A DNA stretch of 64,000 bases. It comes from an uncultured archaeon. Its GTDB lineage: Archaea; Micrarchaeota; Micrarchaeia; Micrarchaeales; CABMGC01. Each line of letters opens with the position of its first letter. The stretch's first letter is position 1. The notes beneath the pieces were generated by a model. It had not been told where the DNA came from and ran no database searches. It was given only the letters and a program-made list of their open reading frames with translations. The translations under genes were made by a program, and so were the position numbers. Positions 19,143 through 29,295 of the stretch are shown here, piece by piece. Where the stretch lies: NCBI GenBank assembly GCA_963787445.1, contig CAWBCT010000005.1, positions 160,001 through 224,000 on the forward strand, in the 5' to 3' direction.

Positions 19143-19445
19143 ATGGCCAAAATTACGACGGAGGACGTCACAAAAGCGCTCAAAGGGACTGTCGACCCGG
19201 AGATCGGGCTCAACATAGTCGACCTCGGCCTGATCTACAATGTCAACGTGGATGAGAAGAACGACGTGGACCTGAAGATGACGATGACGAGCCCCATGTG
19301 TCCGGTCACGACGATAATACTTGCGGACGTCCAGCTGCGTTTAGAACAGATAAAAGAGATTGGTAAAGTAAACGTTGACCTGGTCTGGGACCCGGCCTGG
19401 ACTCCTGAAATGATAACGGAGGAGGCAAGGCTAGGCCTGCAGTGA
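19143..19445 (+). CDS. DUF59/SufT (MIP18) metal-sulfur cluster assembly factor
   Basis: DPEIGLNIVDLGLIY, TMTSPMCP and WDPAWT motifs. Confidence 0.93.
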   Translation: MAKITTEDVTKALKGTVDPEIGLNIVDLGLIYNVNVDEKNDVDLKMTMTSPMCPVTTIILADVQLRLEQIKEIGKVNVDLVWDPAWTPEMITEEARLGLQ

Positions 19446-19446
19446 A

Positions 19447-20010
19447 TCAGTAGAGAAACGCTTCGTCAGCCCTCCTGTAGCTCACTATCTCCTTCTCGCT
19501 GAACCAGATCTTTATCTCGCGTTCGGCAGCCTCCTTGTTTTCCGATACGTGGACCAGGTTTAGTATGGGCCTCTTTGCGGCATCGGCTGCAGGGTAGGTG
19601 TCCGGAGAGAACATGCCGCGAATGGTCGAAGGGTCGGCCTTCCTCGGCTCGGTGGCGCCCGCGATCTTCCGGCCTATGTCGTTTGCGGCGTTTCCTTCGA
19701 GGACCAGGGCTATCACCGGCTTGCCGGCGAGGTGCTTTATGAGCGCGGCGCGGATCCGCTCCCCTATCTGGATGGGCGTCTCGCTCATCTTTATCCCCTT
19801 CTCCAGGTTCGTCGCCTTGGTCTTTGTGCCGAGGGCGACCATCCACTGCTTGTCGTCAGCGTAGTGGTTGCCGGCGAGCTCGGAGGTCACCCTGACCAGC
19901 TTCATCGCGGTCACCTTGAGCCCCACCTCCTCAAACTTGGTTATTATGCGGCCTGTAAGCGCGCGCTGAAGGCCCTCGGGCTTTATCAATACCAGTGCTC
20001 TTTCTGCCAT
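19447..20010 (-). CDS. ndk: Nucleoside diphosphate kinase
   Basis: LVLIKPEG, GATEP, TIRG, NLVHVSE and EREIKIWF motifs. Confidence 0.93.
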   Translation of the reverse strand: MAERALVLIKPEGLQRALTGRIITKFEEVGLKVTAMKLVRVTSELAGNHYADDKQWMVALGTKTKATNLEKGIKMSETPIQIGERIRAALIKHLAGKPVIALVLEGNAANDIGRKIAGATEPRKADPSTIRGMFSPDTYPAADAAKRPILNLVHVSENKEAAEREIKIWFSEKEIVSYRRADEAFLY

Positions 20011-20086
20011 GCTCTCACGTCAATAGGATGAGCATATTTAAACCTTAAACCCTTATATATTTTTGTTTTAGCCATGGTGAAGCCCT

Positions 20087-21847
20087 ATGATACGCCAACC
20101 GATAATCGTAGTGATGGGTCACGTAGACCATGGCAAAACGAGCCTTCTTGACCGAATACGCAACACCACCATGGCCGCCAAGGAGGCGGGAGGGATAACC
20201 CAGCACATAGGCGCCAGCGAGGTCCCCCTCGACGTCATAAAGAAGACCTGCGGCGACCTGCTCACCAAGCTCAACATCAACATCACGATCCCGGGCCTTC
20301 TCTTCATAGACACGCCGGGCCACGAGGCCTTCACCAATCTAAGGAAGAGGGGCGGCTCGGTGGCCGACCTGGCCATCCTGGTGGTCGACGTCACCAAGAG
20401 CTTCGAGCCCCAGACCTACGAGGCCATAGAGATCCTCAAGGAGTACAAGACCCCTTTCATAATCGCGGCGAACAAGATAGACCTCATCACCGGCTGGAGG
20501 CCCTCCGGCGGCTCGAGCTTCCTTGACGCCATAGCCAAGCAGAACAAGAACGTCCAGGAGGTGCTCGAGTCGAAGATCTACGAACTGGTGGGCAAGCTGA
20601 GCGAGCTCGGCTTCAACGCCGAGCGGTTCGACCGGGTCAAGGACTTCAAGACCGAGCTCCTCATAGCACCCATAAGCGCGAAGACCGGGGAGGGCATCGC
20701 GGAGCTGCTGATCTATGCTGCGGGGCTGTCCCAGCGCTTCCTGGAGATGCGGCTGAACATAGAGGTAAAGGGACCGGGCATCGGCGGGATACTCGAGCGG
20801 AAGGAGGAGAAGGGGTTGGGCTCCACCATAGACGTCATAGTTTACAACGGGACCCTGAAGGTGAACGATACCATAGCTTTCGCGACCGTGGCAGGCATAG
20901 GCACTGCCAAGATAAAGGCGCTGCTGAAGCCGAAGCCGATGCAGGAGCTGAGGGAGTCCTCAAGCAAGTTCTACTACGTGGACTCGGTGAGCGCTGCCTC
21001 GGGAGTAAAGATAAGCGGGAGCGGGCTCGAGGAAGCGCTTCCGGGCTCTCTTGTAATCTCAACAGAGATGCCAAACTACGAGAACGAGATAAAATCTGAG
21101 ATTAGGGAGGTCTTTGAGGTGGATAAGTCCGGCCTGATACTCAAGGCGGACTCGATAGGAGGGATAGAGGCCCTCTCCAAGCTGCTCAAGGCGATAAATG
21201 TCAACATAGGTAAGAAGGGGATAGGCAGGATAACCAAGCGCGACATCATGGACGCGTTCGCGATGCGCGCGATAGACCCCTACAGCGCGGTGGTGATGGG
21301 CTTCAACGTGCAGATAGAGGAGGAGGCGGTGAGCGAGGCCTACGCGACGGGCGTCAAGATAATCAAGGGCAACATAATCTACAGCATGATAAAGGAGTAC
21401 GAGGAGTGGATGGCAGAGGAGAAGAAGCGCAGCAAGAGCATGCTCGAGAAGGCGCTCGTCTTTCCGGGCATGATTTACGTGCTGCCGGACCACTGCTTCC
21501 GGGTCTCCCATCCCGCAATCTTCGGCGTGGACGTTAAGAAGGGCAGGATAAAGCCCGGGGTTCAGCTGATGAACAAGGAGGGCGAGATAGTGGGCAGGCT
21601 CAAGGAGGTCCAGAACAACAGCAAGAGCGTCCAGGAGGCCAAGGCGGGCGACAGCGTGGCAGTTTCGGTGGATGGCGCGATCTACGGCCGCCAGATAAAC
21701 GAGAAGGATGAGCTCTATGTCTTCCTGAACGACGACGATGTGAGGGCGTTGAGGTACAAGTTTGCCGAGCTTCTTTCCGAGGACGAGCTGGGGGTCCTTG
21801 ACACGATAGCGCAGATAAAGGCGAAGAGGAAGGATAATCTCTCCTAA
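20087..21847 (+). CDS. infB: Translation initiation factor aIF5B (IF-2)
   Basis: GHVDHGKT, EAGGITQHIGA, DTPGHEAF and NKID motifs. Confidence 0.98.
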   Translation: MIRQPIIVVMGHVDHGKTSLLDRIRNTTMAAKEAGGITQHIGASEVPLDVIKKTCGDLLTKLNINITIPGLLFIDTPGHEAFTNLRKRGGSVADLAILVVDVTKSFEPQTYEAIEILKEYKTPFIIAANKIDLITGWRPSGGSSFLDAIAKQNKNVQEVLESKIYELVGKLSELGFNAERFDRVKDFKTELLIAPISAKTGEGIAELLIYAAGLSQRFLEMRLNIEVKGPGIGGILERKEEKGLGSTIDVIVYNGTLKVNDTIAFATVAGIGTAKIKALLKPKPMQELRESSSKFYYVDSVSAASGVKISGSGLEEALPGSLVISTEMPNYENEIKSEIREVFEVDKSGLILKADSIGGIEALSKLLKAINVNIGKKGIGRITKRDIMDAFAMRAIDPYSAVVMGFNVQIEEEAVSEAYATGVKIIKGNIIYSMIKEYEEWMAEEKKRSKSMLEKALVFPGMIYVLPDHCFRVSHPAIFGVDVKKGRIKPGVQLMNKEGEIVGRLKEVQNNSKSVQEAKAGDSVAVSVDGAIYGRQINEKDELYVFLNDDDVRALRYKFAELLSEDELGVLDTIAQIKAKRKDNLS

Positions 21848-21893
21848 TCAGATGATCCCCTCAGCGGCCATATATATCTGAAAAGGCATAATC

Positions 21894-22577
21894 ATGGTTA
21901 TGGCATTTAAAGTTGATGGAACAGTTGAGACCAGCATCACAAGGGAGAGCATAGCTCTGGCAAGGAGAAACAGAGATCATCCGGTTATCGAGACGATGGA
22001 CCAGATGGGCACGCCCTATTGGAACATTTTAAGGGAGAGCCTTAGGAGCAGAACTAACCCAAAAGAAAAGCATGAAATACGGTGGAGGGCCATGGTGCCT
22101 TTCGCAGAGGCGCTGAGAGGAAGAGAGTTCACGCTTGGGCCGCTTGAAATCGTGTCCATCTGGTCTAAGGCCATGAAAACCTTTCAGGGCAATTCCTTGC
22201 CAAATGAATCAGTCAGTTTAAGACATTCCCTGGCCAGCGCCATTGTGTGGAGCTATGTGGAAGATGGGATGCCACAGGACTGGAGATCCTTATTCAAGAG
22301 GCTGAGGGAGAGAGAGGGGCTGAGTTACCTAAGATCGCTTGTGGAACAGGGCGGAAGTGATGCGGAAAGGTTCTTCGCGAGGCGAAACGAGATAGAGGCG
22401 AGCATTGGGGCTTTGAAGGCCTATGCGGACAAGCCAAGGACTAATAACAGGTTTATCTTCGGGGTCTTGGAGAACTGGAATAACGGGATGGTCGAGATGA
22501 GCCTAATCGCCCCTCCTGCAAAGATAAACGAAAATTCTACTCAACAACAGACCTCTCCAGCAGTCGTATATATCTGA
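21894..22577 (+). CDS. Hypothetical protein, tandem paralog A
   Basis: Shares G-x-P-x-WN, P-x-AEAL-x-G-x-x-F-x-LGPLE-x-VSIW and QDW with the next ORF. Confidence 0.75.
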   Translation: MVMAFKVDGTVETSITRESIALARRNRDHPVIETMDQMGTPYWNILRESLRSRTNPKEKHEIRWRAMVPFAEALRGREFTLGPLEIVSIWSKAMKTFQGNSLPNESVSLRHSLASAIVWSYVEDGMPQDWRSLFKRLREREGLSYLRSLVEQGGSDAERFFARRNEIEASIGALKAYADKPRTNNRFIFGVLENWNNGMVEMSLIAPPAKINENSTQQQTSPAVVYI

Positions 22578-22592
22578 AAAGCGTAATTAGTA

Positions 22593-23270
22593 GTGAACAA
22601 AATGGATAATAATACACGTACAGCTCCAGCCAAGGAACCGTACAAACCCCTGACCAGGGCACAGGTAGAGAACGCCAAGAGGGACAGAAGCCATGTTGCC
22701 ATCACGGAGCTTGACCGGATCGGGCAGCCGCACTGGAACTCACTTGTTGACTCGTTGAGAGGTGCGGAAGACAACCGAGGCGGACAGATGCTTATAGAGA
22801 AGGCGTTCATCCCGCTGGCAGAGGCGCTTGAGGGAAAGCAGTTTTCATTGGGACCCCTTGAGTTTGTCTCCATATGGGTCAGGATGGACGAGCTACTGCC
22901 GTTAAATACAGATGTTAAGACTAGGGACGGGCTTGACGTGGGCCACCTTACGAACTTCACCTGCAGGTACGGGCTGGCGCAGAGCATATTGTGCCCCTAT
23001 GCCACGTTGACCATAGAATCCCAGGATTGGAAGCATCTCTACAAGAATTTTGTTGAAAGCCAAAAGGGAACCATGTATTTGCAGGATGTTGCAATCAAGA
23101 ATAGGGATGGTGCTCTTGTTTTCAGACAGCGCTTTGCTGAGATACGCAAAAACGTTGGCATGATTTCCAACTATGAGCACGAAGTGGAGTTTGACGCCAC
23201 GGTCAACAGGGTGGGCGAGAGCCTGGGAAACACCATGGTCTTTGACTCGATTGTCGAGCTTACTTTGTAG
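22593..23270 (+). CDS. Hypothetical protein, tandem paralog B
   Basis: Paralog of 21894..22577. Confidence 0.75.
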   Translation: MNKMDNNTRTAPAKEPYKPLTRAQVENAKRDRSHVAITELDRIGQPHWNSLVDSLRGAEDNRGGQMLIEKAFIPLAEALEGKQFSLGPLEFVSIWVRMDELLPLNTDVKTRDGLDVGHLTNFTCRYGLAQSILCPYATLTIESQDWKHLYKNFVESQKGTMYLQDVAIKNRDGALVFRQRFAEIRKNVGMISNYEHEVEFDATVNRVGESLGNTMVFDSIVELTL

Positions 23271-24429
23271 CGCTGACTATCTTTACGACATCGTTGTCCT
23301 TCAGCACCTGCTCCTTTGACATCCGGTTCTTGCTCCTTGCATCAACAGCGTAGAGCATGTGGTCCGCTATGTCGGTGTGGACGGAGCGCGCAAGGTCGAG
23401 GGCCGTAGAACCCTTGGTGAGTAGCAGGGCATCGGGCAGCACGTTTCCGTTTCCGTCCGTGTACTTGTGCTCATTTTCCACAGGGTAGACGACGATCTTG
23501 TTTGCCACGGTGAAGACCGCGGCGTTGACCAGCTCCTGGATCCCTGTGCCGTTCCTGCTTTCAACGTATTTCTTCATGTAATTTATCGCGGACTCCTGCT
23601 CCCGGGACAGTTTGCCCTTTATGGATAGCGTGTTGTCTCCGCTCTGATACTGAATCATGCCAGAATGCGCAGCCTTCCTCAACGCAAGATCAATCGCGCC
23701 CGAGCAGTCTACAACCACGTGGCCTTCAAGCTTATTCCGCAGCTCATCAAGCCTCTTTTTGTCGCAGAGGTCTGCCTTGTTCGCCGCGATTATCAGCGGC
23801 TTGTTGACTTTCAAAAAGGCATAGGCGAAGCGCAGCGTTGAAGAGGCGTCCCAGGCGATGGCAGCCAGGGACAGCTGCTCGGCGTCCGCCGACGACTTTA
23901 TCTGCTCGGGGGTTGCGTTGAAGCTTGAGAGAATCTCCTTGAGTGCAGTAATGCCGTCGCTTCTCTTGCGCAGCGTGGGGATATGGCGCTGGATTATCGC
24001 GGAAAGCCACTGGGCCATCTCGTCCCTGACCATCCTGACCTCTTCAGCAGGATCCTCGGACTGGGCAGGATTCCCGTTGATGTCGGTCTTGCCGCTCGCG
24101 TCTATGACCTGGATAAGCACGTCGGCGGCGACGAGGTCGTTGAGGAACTGGCTGCCCATCCCCTTCCCGAGATTTGCGCCGGGAACCAGGCCTGCGATGT
24201 CAACAAGACGCACCGGGAGCTGCCTTACGCCGTTCAGGCACAGCCCGTCGCGCGGCTTGCACCTGACCTTGAGCTCGGTCTCGACACAAACCCTGGTGGC
24301 GTAGGTGATGCCATGGTTCGGCTTTATGGTCGTGAAGGGGTAGTCCGCAATCGGGACGTCCAGAAGTGTCAGCGCGGAGAAGATGGTGCTCTTGCCCTTG
24401 TTTGGCGCGCCGACTAGGCCTATCAGCAT
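23260..24429 (-). CDS. ychF: YchF/OBG-family ATPase/GTPase with TGS domain
   Basis: GAPNKGKST, YPFTTIKPN, DIAGLVPGA and NKAD motifs; C-terminal TGS domain. Confidence 0.93.
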   Translation of the reverse strand: MLIGLVGAPNKGKSTIFSALTLLDVPIADYPFTTIKPNHGITYATRVCVETELKVRCKPRDGLCLNGVRQLPVRLVDIAGLVPGANLGKGMGSQFLNDLVAADVLIQVIDASGKTDINGNPAQSEDPAEEVRMVRDEMAQWLSAIIQRHIPTLRKRSDGITALKEILSSFNATPEQIKSSADAEQLSLAAIAWDASSTLRFAYAFLKVNKPLIIAANKADLCDKKRLDELRNKLEGHVVVDCSGAIDLALRKAAHSGMIQYQSGDNTLSIKGKLSREQESAINYMKKYVESRNGTGIQELVNAAVFTVANKIVVYPVENEHKYTDGNGNVLPDALLLTKGSTALDLARSVHTDIADHMLYAVDARSKNRMSKEQVLKDNDVVKIVSATK

Positions 24430-24495
24430 TTATACACAAGTAAGATAGCCCGTGTGCGTAATAAATATCTTTCTGGTGAATATTCCTACTACAAT

Positions 24496-24581
24496 GCAGG
24501 GGTGGCAGAGCTTGGCCAAATGCGACAGGTTCAGGGCTTGTTTCCTTTGTGGATACGTGAGTTCAAATCTCACCCCCTGCA
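24496..24581 (+). tRNA. tRNA-Leu(CAG)
   Basis: GCAGGGG/CCCCTGC acceptor; ACAGG-TTCAGGG-CTTGT anticodon arm; long variable arm; TTCAAAT T-loop. Confidence 0.92.
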
Positions 24582-24604
24582 CTCATCAGAAGTAAACTTA
24601 CTGC

Positions 24605-24677
24605 GGGGAGTTCTGCTAGCTTGGTAGGCTGTTGCCATGGGGTGGCAACGACACGAGTTCAAATCTCGTACTCCCCA
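24605..24677 (+). tRNA. tRNA-Pro(GGG)
   Basis: GGGGAGT/ACTCCCC acceptor; TTGCC-ATGGGGT-GGCAA anticodon arm; body almost identical to tRNA-Pro(CGG). Confidence 0.85.
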
Positions 24678-24689
24678 ATTTATATTTGG

Positions 24690-24851
24690 TTATATTTGAG
24701 AGTTCGGTTTCTTGGGCATAGGGCCTCTGAAGAGCGCTCTTACCATCTCCTTCATTCTCTGGTCTTTTCGTAGATAAGCAGACATCATCCTTACGTGAAA
24801 TTGCTCATTTGTCTCTACAATCTCCTTTGTAGGCTTCCGCTTTTTCATCAT
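24690..24851 (-). CDS. Small basic hypothetical protein (53 aa), absent from the ORF track
   Basis: Translates as MMKKRKPTKEIVETNEQFHVRMMSAYLRKDQ...; TATA-like TTTAAG upstream. Confidence 0.4.
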   Translation of the reverse strand: MMKKRKPTKEIVETNEQFHVRMMSAYLRKDQRMKEMVRALFRGPMPKKPNSQI

Positions 24852-25119
24852 ATATATCAGCTTATTGGCATTCCTTAAATGTCTTACATTTTACTGCATG
24901 TCGGGTAAAATTCCCAAGCAAAGCGGCGCTCAACAATAATGATATGCTATCTTCGATACAGATATATTATTCTTTCGTATCCCCCTCCCCCTAGATTTCC
25001 CGCCCGGTGTTTATGAGGGTCACATATGCCTCAATTTATCTTGAAGTGTATGTGGGTCTGTGCTACAAGACCGTTAGCAAGGGATTTATAAGATGCAGCA
25101 CCTTCTTCCTAGTGGTAAG

Positions 25120-25674
25120 ATGAAATCTAGGACGAACCTTCTTATGCTGCTTCCGCTGTTCTTGATGATTGCGATGGCCGGGGCTTTGAATTCCACTCCT
25201 TCGTACAATAATACCTACAATGTTGCAATTAATCTGTCGGCTGAGATAAGCAATTCCAATGCCGCCGGTTTTAGCTTGGCACAGGGATCTCTCGCATCCC
25301 AGTCGGCTTCGGGCTGCATCCGCGTGCTGATTACCTCTTGCAACAACAATGTTCCTGACCAGTTCATTTGCATAAATAACTCCTACTATGGCGCATATGA
25401 AAGCCAGAACCAAAACATCAGCATGGAAAGAGGGCAGCAGGCATGTCCGATGTTCCTCCTAGAGGGAAGCGTCTCTTGCGGAGTGGTAAGCGGCTACTGC
25501 GTAGTCACATACAGCGGCTCTGCATCTCCTTTGAACCCTACAACAACCGTGAATGGCACCGCCATATCTTTACCTGCTTCGAACAGCACCATAACGCAGT
25601 ATGTGGAGAGTGCTTTGAGTAGCATATTGGGTAAAATAATTTCGTTCTTCAAGAACACGCTCCACCTGAACTGA
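25120..25674 (+). CDS. Secreted Cys-containing hypothetical protein
   Basis: Signal peptide starting at MKSRTN; six cysteines. Confidence 0.7.
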   Translation: MKSRTNLLMLLPLFLMIAMAGALNSTPSYNNTYNVAINLSAEISNSNAAGFSLAQGSLASQSASGCIRVLITSCNNNVPDQFICINNSYYGAYESQNQNISMERGQQACPMFLLEGSVSCGVVSGYCVVTYSGSASPLNPTTTVNGTAISLPASNSTITQYVESALSSILGKIISFFKNTLHLN

Positions 25675-25805
25675 CCTGTTCTTTGGGCTGCGCAAAACAG
25701 ATCATAAAAAATGTTCCAGGAAGATCACCGCAGCAGGATAATTTAGATAAAACCTAATTTTAGGCATATTATTTTAAACATGAACTACGATTACTCATTG
25801 ATTTT

Positions 25806-26492
25806 ATGCCAAACTATCCTAATACGACAGACCAGAGCGCACAGCAGAGCACGCCACAGCGGCCAGCCAAAAGCAGCGGGAAGAGCAACCAGAAGCTCTA
25901 CATAGTAGCAAGTGTCGCTATCGTGGTGATACTTGGCATTTTGGTCCTGTTTTACTCCGGCATAGGGGGAGCTCCTGCCCAGAATCTCACGCCGTTGAAC
26001 AATGCAACTCCGATTTACATGAGCATTCCGCAGGCCCAGACGCTCCTCGGATCGCAGATAATAAACTACACGGCGAACTACAGCGCTTCGACGCTCTACA
26101 ATTCGTCATCTCCGATAAACATAACGCTTCTTGAGGGCTTGGTCCCGCAAATTGCAGGGAATGCGACCAACGGATGGGTTACCTTCGCAGATGGTTCGGG
26201 GATAGAAAATGCAAGCCTGCAGTATATCGTTATACAGACTGCAGACGCATCAAACATCTCTGCCGCGCTTGCCGACCTGCAGGCCACCTCGTTCTCGCCT
26301 CTCCCGACCTTGGTAAACGGTCAGGCGAATGGGATGAGCTACACCTATGAGACGTTTAGCAACATAACGGGAAGCTTCCAGAGCCTGGTTGGATGGAAGA
26401 ACGGCTATGTCACTGTTATAGACTTGGCAGCCAACAATTTCACCACAAACCAGACAGAGATGGCGCAAATTGCATCGAGCAATATACAGTAA
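25806..26492 (+). CDS. Single-TM surface protein
   Basis: N-terminal TM; many N-glycosylation sequons. Confidence 0.72.
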   Translation: MPNYPNTTDQSAQQSTPQRPAKSSGKSNQKLYIVASVAIVVILGILVLFYSGIGGAPAQNLTPLNNATPIYMSIPQAQTLLGSQIINYTANYSASTLYNSSSPINITLLEGLVPQIAGNATNGWVTFADGSGIENASLQYIVIQTADASNISAALADLQATSFSPLPTLVNGQANGMSYTYETFSNITGSFQSLVGWKNGYVTVIDLAANNFTTNQTEMAQIASSNIQ

Positions 26493-26568
26493 TCCGGTGC
26501 GGTTTTCCCTGCCGAAACGCACCGTAAGGCTTAAACTGTTGCGATGAGATTACTCTTGCAGTGGTCTG

Positions 26569-27788
26569 ATGTTCTTTGGGAAGGATAAGCCGGAGGAGAT
26601 TAGGCCAGACGCGCTGTACCAGCTGCTTAACTCCCTCTTTGAGAAAAAGCTGGGAGCCTTCCCCGGAAGGGCCGATGGGATAGCGCGCCAGATGCTGAAA
26701 TCCGGGGCGGGGTTCTCCGAGGCGTGCGACAAGTTGGAGAAACTCGATGCCGAGCCCTACGTGGAAAACATCTACTTCAAGACTGTCGGCTCGATAAAGA
26801 GCCAGAAGTATCCGTACGTCAAGGCGCTCAGGCAGATCATCAGCGAGAACGGCTTTGATGCCGGCGAGGCTCCGAACTCCTATGAGCGGTACACGGAGCT
26901 TCTCTCCAGGGCCGAGAAGATGACGGGCGAGGTGCTCAAAACGAACGCCGAATTCAAGCTCGTCCTTTACTGCTATGGCAACTACATGGGAACGTTCAGG
27001 AAGTCCTTCTCGGACATAGAAAGATGCAGGGAGAACCTGAGGCGCGAGATCGGCAGCAGGTCGAAGGAGCATGCGGAGTTCAGCTCGGTCAACGGCTGGG
27101 TCTCCAGGCTCGCGATGCTGCAGGAGGAGCAGGCGACCATGGGCAGAGAGCATAGGCTTGGCTCGGCGAGAGCCTCGGAGTGATAAACAAGAAGGTTCTT
27201 GAGAAGGACGAGGCGGTGCTGGTGAAGAAGCTTGATGGGATACGGTTTGAGCTCTCCGTGGTGGACGCGGAAGCCGACAGACTCTCCGACTAGGATAAGC
27301 CTGCTGACCACACCCCTCGAAAGGCAGGCAAGGAAGATGGACCACATCTCGCTCGGGAAGAGGCGGCTGTACCCAATGATGGCGGATCCAGTAGGTGAGA
27401 TGAAGAGCGAGGCAGAATACCAGGAATTCAAGGCACTGGTGAAAAAACTCAAGGAGGACGTTGAGAAGGAGAGCGTAGACGCAAAGAACAGGGTGGGGAC
27501 GCTTGAGTCCATCTCGCATGCTAATGAACTCAGATCTTTATGGCATGGTGACAGTCCCTGAAATCATTGCGGCAAAAGAAGTCCGAGATGGAGAACGAGG
27601 CCAGGATGGTAGAGGGAGTGCTTGGGGACGTGAAAGAGGGAAAGGGTTCTTCCGAGAAAACAGTCAGGGACATAGCCTCAATGGAAGAAAAGCTTAAGGA
27701 GACTGGGATATCGATCTCAGCGGCAAAACAGATGATAGAGAAGCTTTTCCTGGAGTACTACCGCAAGTCCATTTTGATAATATTGTAA
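26569..27788 (+). pseudogene. Helical/coiled-coil hypothetical gene broken by several frameshifts
   Basis: Consecutive fragments 26569-27183, 27232-27561 and 27567-27788 with continuous coding-like sequence in shifting frames. Confidence 0.6.
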
Positions 27789-27852
27789 GGCCCAGAAGTG
27801 GCTTACTCCATTGCCTTTTATACTTTTTTGACTACAATAAGCAAGTGCGATA

Positions 27853-29160
27853 ATGGCAAAAATTAGTACGTCCAAGGCCGTTGGCAGGCTTGGCAAGGAA
27901 GTTGAGGTCGCAGGGTGGGTGCACAGGAAGCGCGAGAGCGGTGGCATAATATTCGTCATAGTGAGGGACACGGAGGGCATACTTCAGGCCGCGATAAAGA
28001 AGGCCAGCGTTGACAGCAAGTCCTGGGAGGACGCAGTGAACTCCACCATAGAGTCAAGCGTTGTGCTGAAGGGCACTGTCAAAGAGGACAAACGCGCGCC
28101 CACGGGCTACGAACTTGATGCCAAGAGCTTCAGGAACGTCCATGTCTCAGAACCCTTTCCCATAACCGAATACCAGAGCACCGAGCTCCTGCTGGACAAG
28201 AGGCACCTCTGGCTCAGGAGCCAGAAGATGACCGCGATAATGCGCACGCGCTCCCATGTATTCAGGTACGCCCGCGAGTTCCTTGACAAGAAGGGCTTCT
28301 ACGAGATAACGCCTCCACTCATAACAAGCGCGGGAGGGGAGACCGGCGCAGACCTCTTCCAACTGGACTACTTCGGAGAGAAGATGTACCTTACCGAGTC
28401 CTCCCAACTCTACGCAGAGGCGATGGTGCCCACCCTGGGGCTGGTTTACTCGTTTGCCCCTTCCTACCGGGCGGAGAAGTCGCGAACTGTAAAGCACCTC
28501 GCCGAGTACTGGCACCTTGAGCCGGAGATGGCGCACTACAACCTCAGCATGAACATGAAGCTGCAGGAGAAACTTGTCAGTCATATAGCGAACAGGGTTG
28601 CCGATAGGGATGAAGTCACACTGAAGACGCTAAACCTGCAGAAGGAGGCGTTGTCAAAGATAAAACCGCCATTCAAGAGGATAACCTACGAGAAAGCGAT
28701 CGAGATACTCAACGGCAAGGGATCAGTGAAGAAGTGGGGCGACGACTTCGGAGTGGAGGACGAACGCCTGCTCACCGAAGAGGAGGAGAAGCCGATATTC
28801 GTCACGCACTTCCCGAAGGAGATCAAGCCGTTCTACATGCCGATAAATCCGAAGGACGAGCGGACGGTCATGGCCGCAGACATGCTGGCGCCGAAGGGAC
28901 ACGGGGAGATAATAGGGGGCAGCGAGCGCATCTGGAAGTACCAGGAGCTCATGGACCGCATAAGGGAGGTCGAGGTGGCGAAGAAGATGACCATGAACCT
29001 GAAGAACTACGAGTGGTGGATAGACCTGAGGCGCTACGGCTCTGTGCCGCACGCCGGCTTCGGCATGGGGATCGAGCGGGTGATAAAGTGGCTGCTGAGC
29101 CTTGACCACATACGCGATGCGATCCCGTTCCCGAGAATGGTAAACCGGATGCAGCCCTGA
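27853..29160 (+). CDS. asnS: Asparagine--tRNA ligase
   Basis: OB-fold N-terminus; RAEKSRT-x-x-HLAEYWHLEPE, GEIIGGSER and DLRRYGSVPHAGFG motifs. Confidence 0.88.
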   Translation: MAKISTSKAVGRLGKEVEVAGWVHRKRESGGIIFVIVRDTEGILQAAIKKASVDSKSWEDAVNSTIESSVVLKGTVKEDKRAPTGYELDAKSFRNVHVSEPFPITEYQSTELLLDKRHLWLRSQKMTAIMRTRSHVFRYAREFLDKKGFYEITPPLITSAGGETGADLFQLDYFGEKMYLTESSQLYAEAMVPTLGLVYSFAPSYRAEKSRTVKHLAEYWHLEPEMAHYNLSMNMKLQEKLVSHIANRVADRDEVTLKTLNLQKEALSKIKPPFKRITYEKAIEILNGKGSVKKWGDDFGVEDERLLTEEEEKPIFVTHFPKEIKPFYMPINPKDERTVMAADMLAPKGHGEIIGGSERIWKYQELMDRIREVEVAKKMTMNLKNYEWWIDLRRYGSVPHAGFGMGIERVIKWLLSLDHIRDAIPFPRMVNRMQP

Positions 29161-29166
29161 GCTGTA

Positions 29167-29238
29167 AGCCCCAAGAGGGAATTGAACCCCCGACTTCTAG
29201 TTTACGAAACTAGCGCTCTACCACTGAGCTACTGGGGC
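29167..29238 (-). tRNA. tRNA-Thr(CGT)
   Basis: GCCCCAG acceptor; CTAGT-TTCGTAA-ACTAG anticodon arm. Confidence 0.95.
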
Positions 29239-29295
29239 AAGTAGGCTTATGGTTTAAATAGATATGAGCAGAGATATATTAAATTTACCTGTGGT

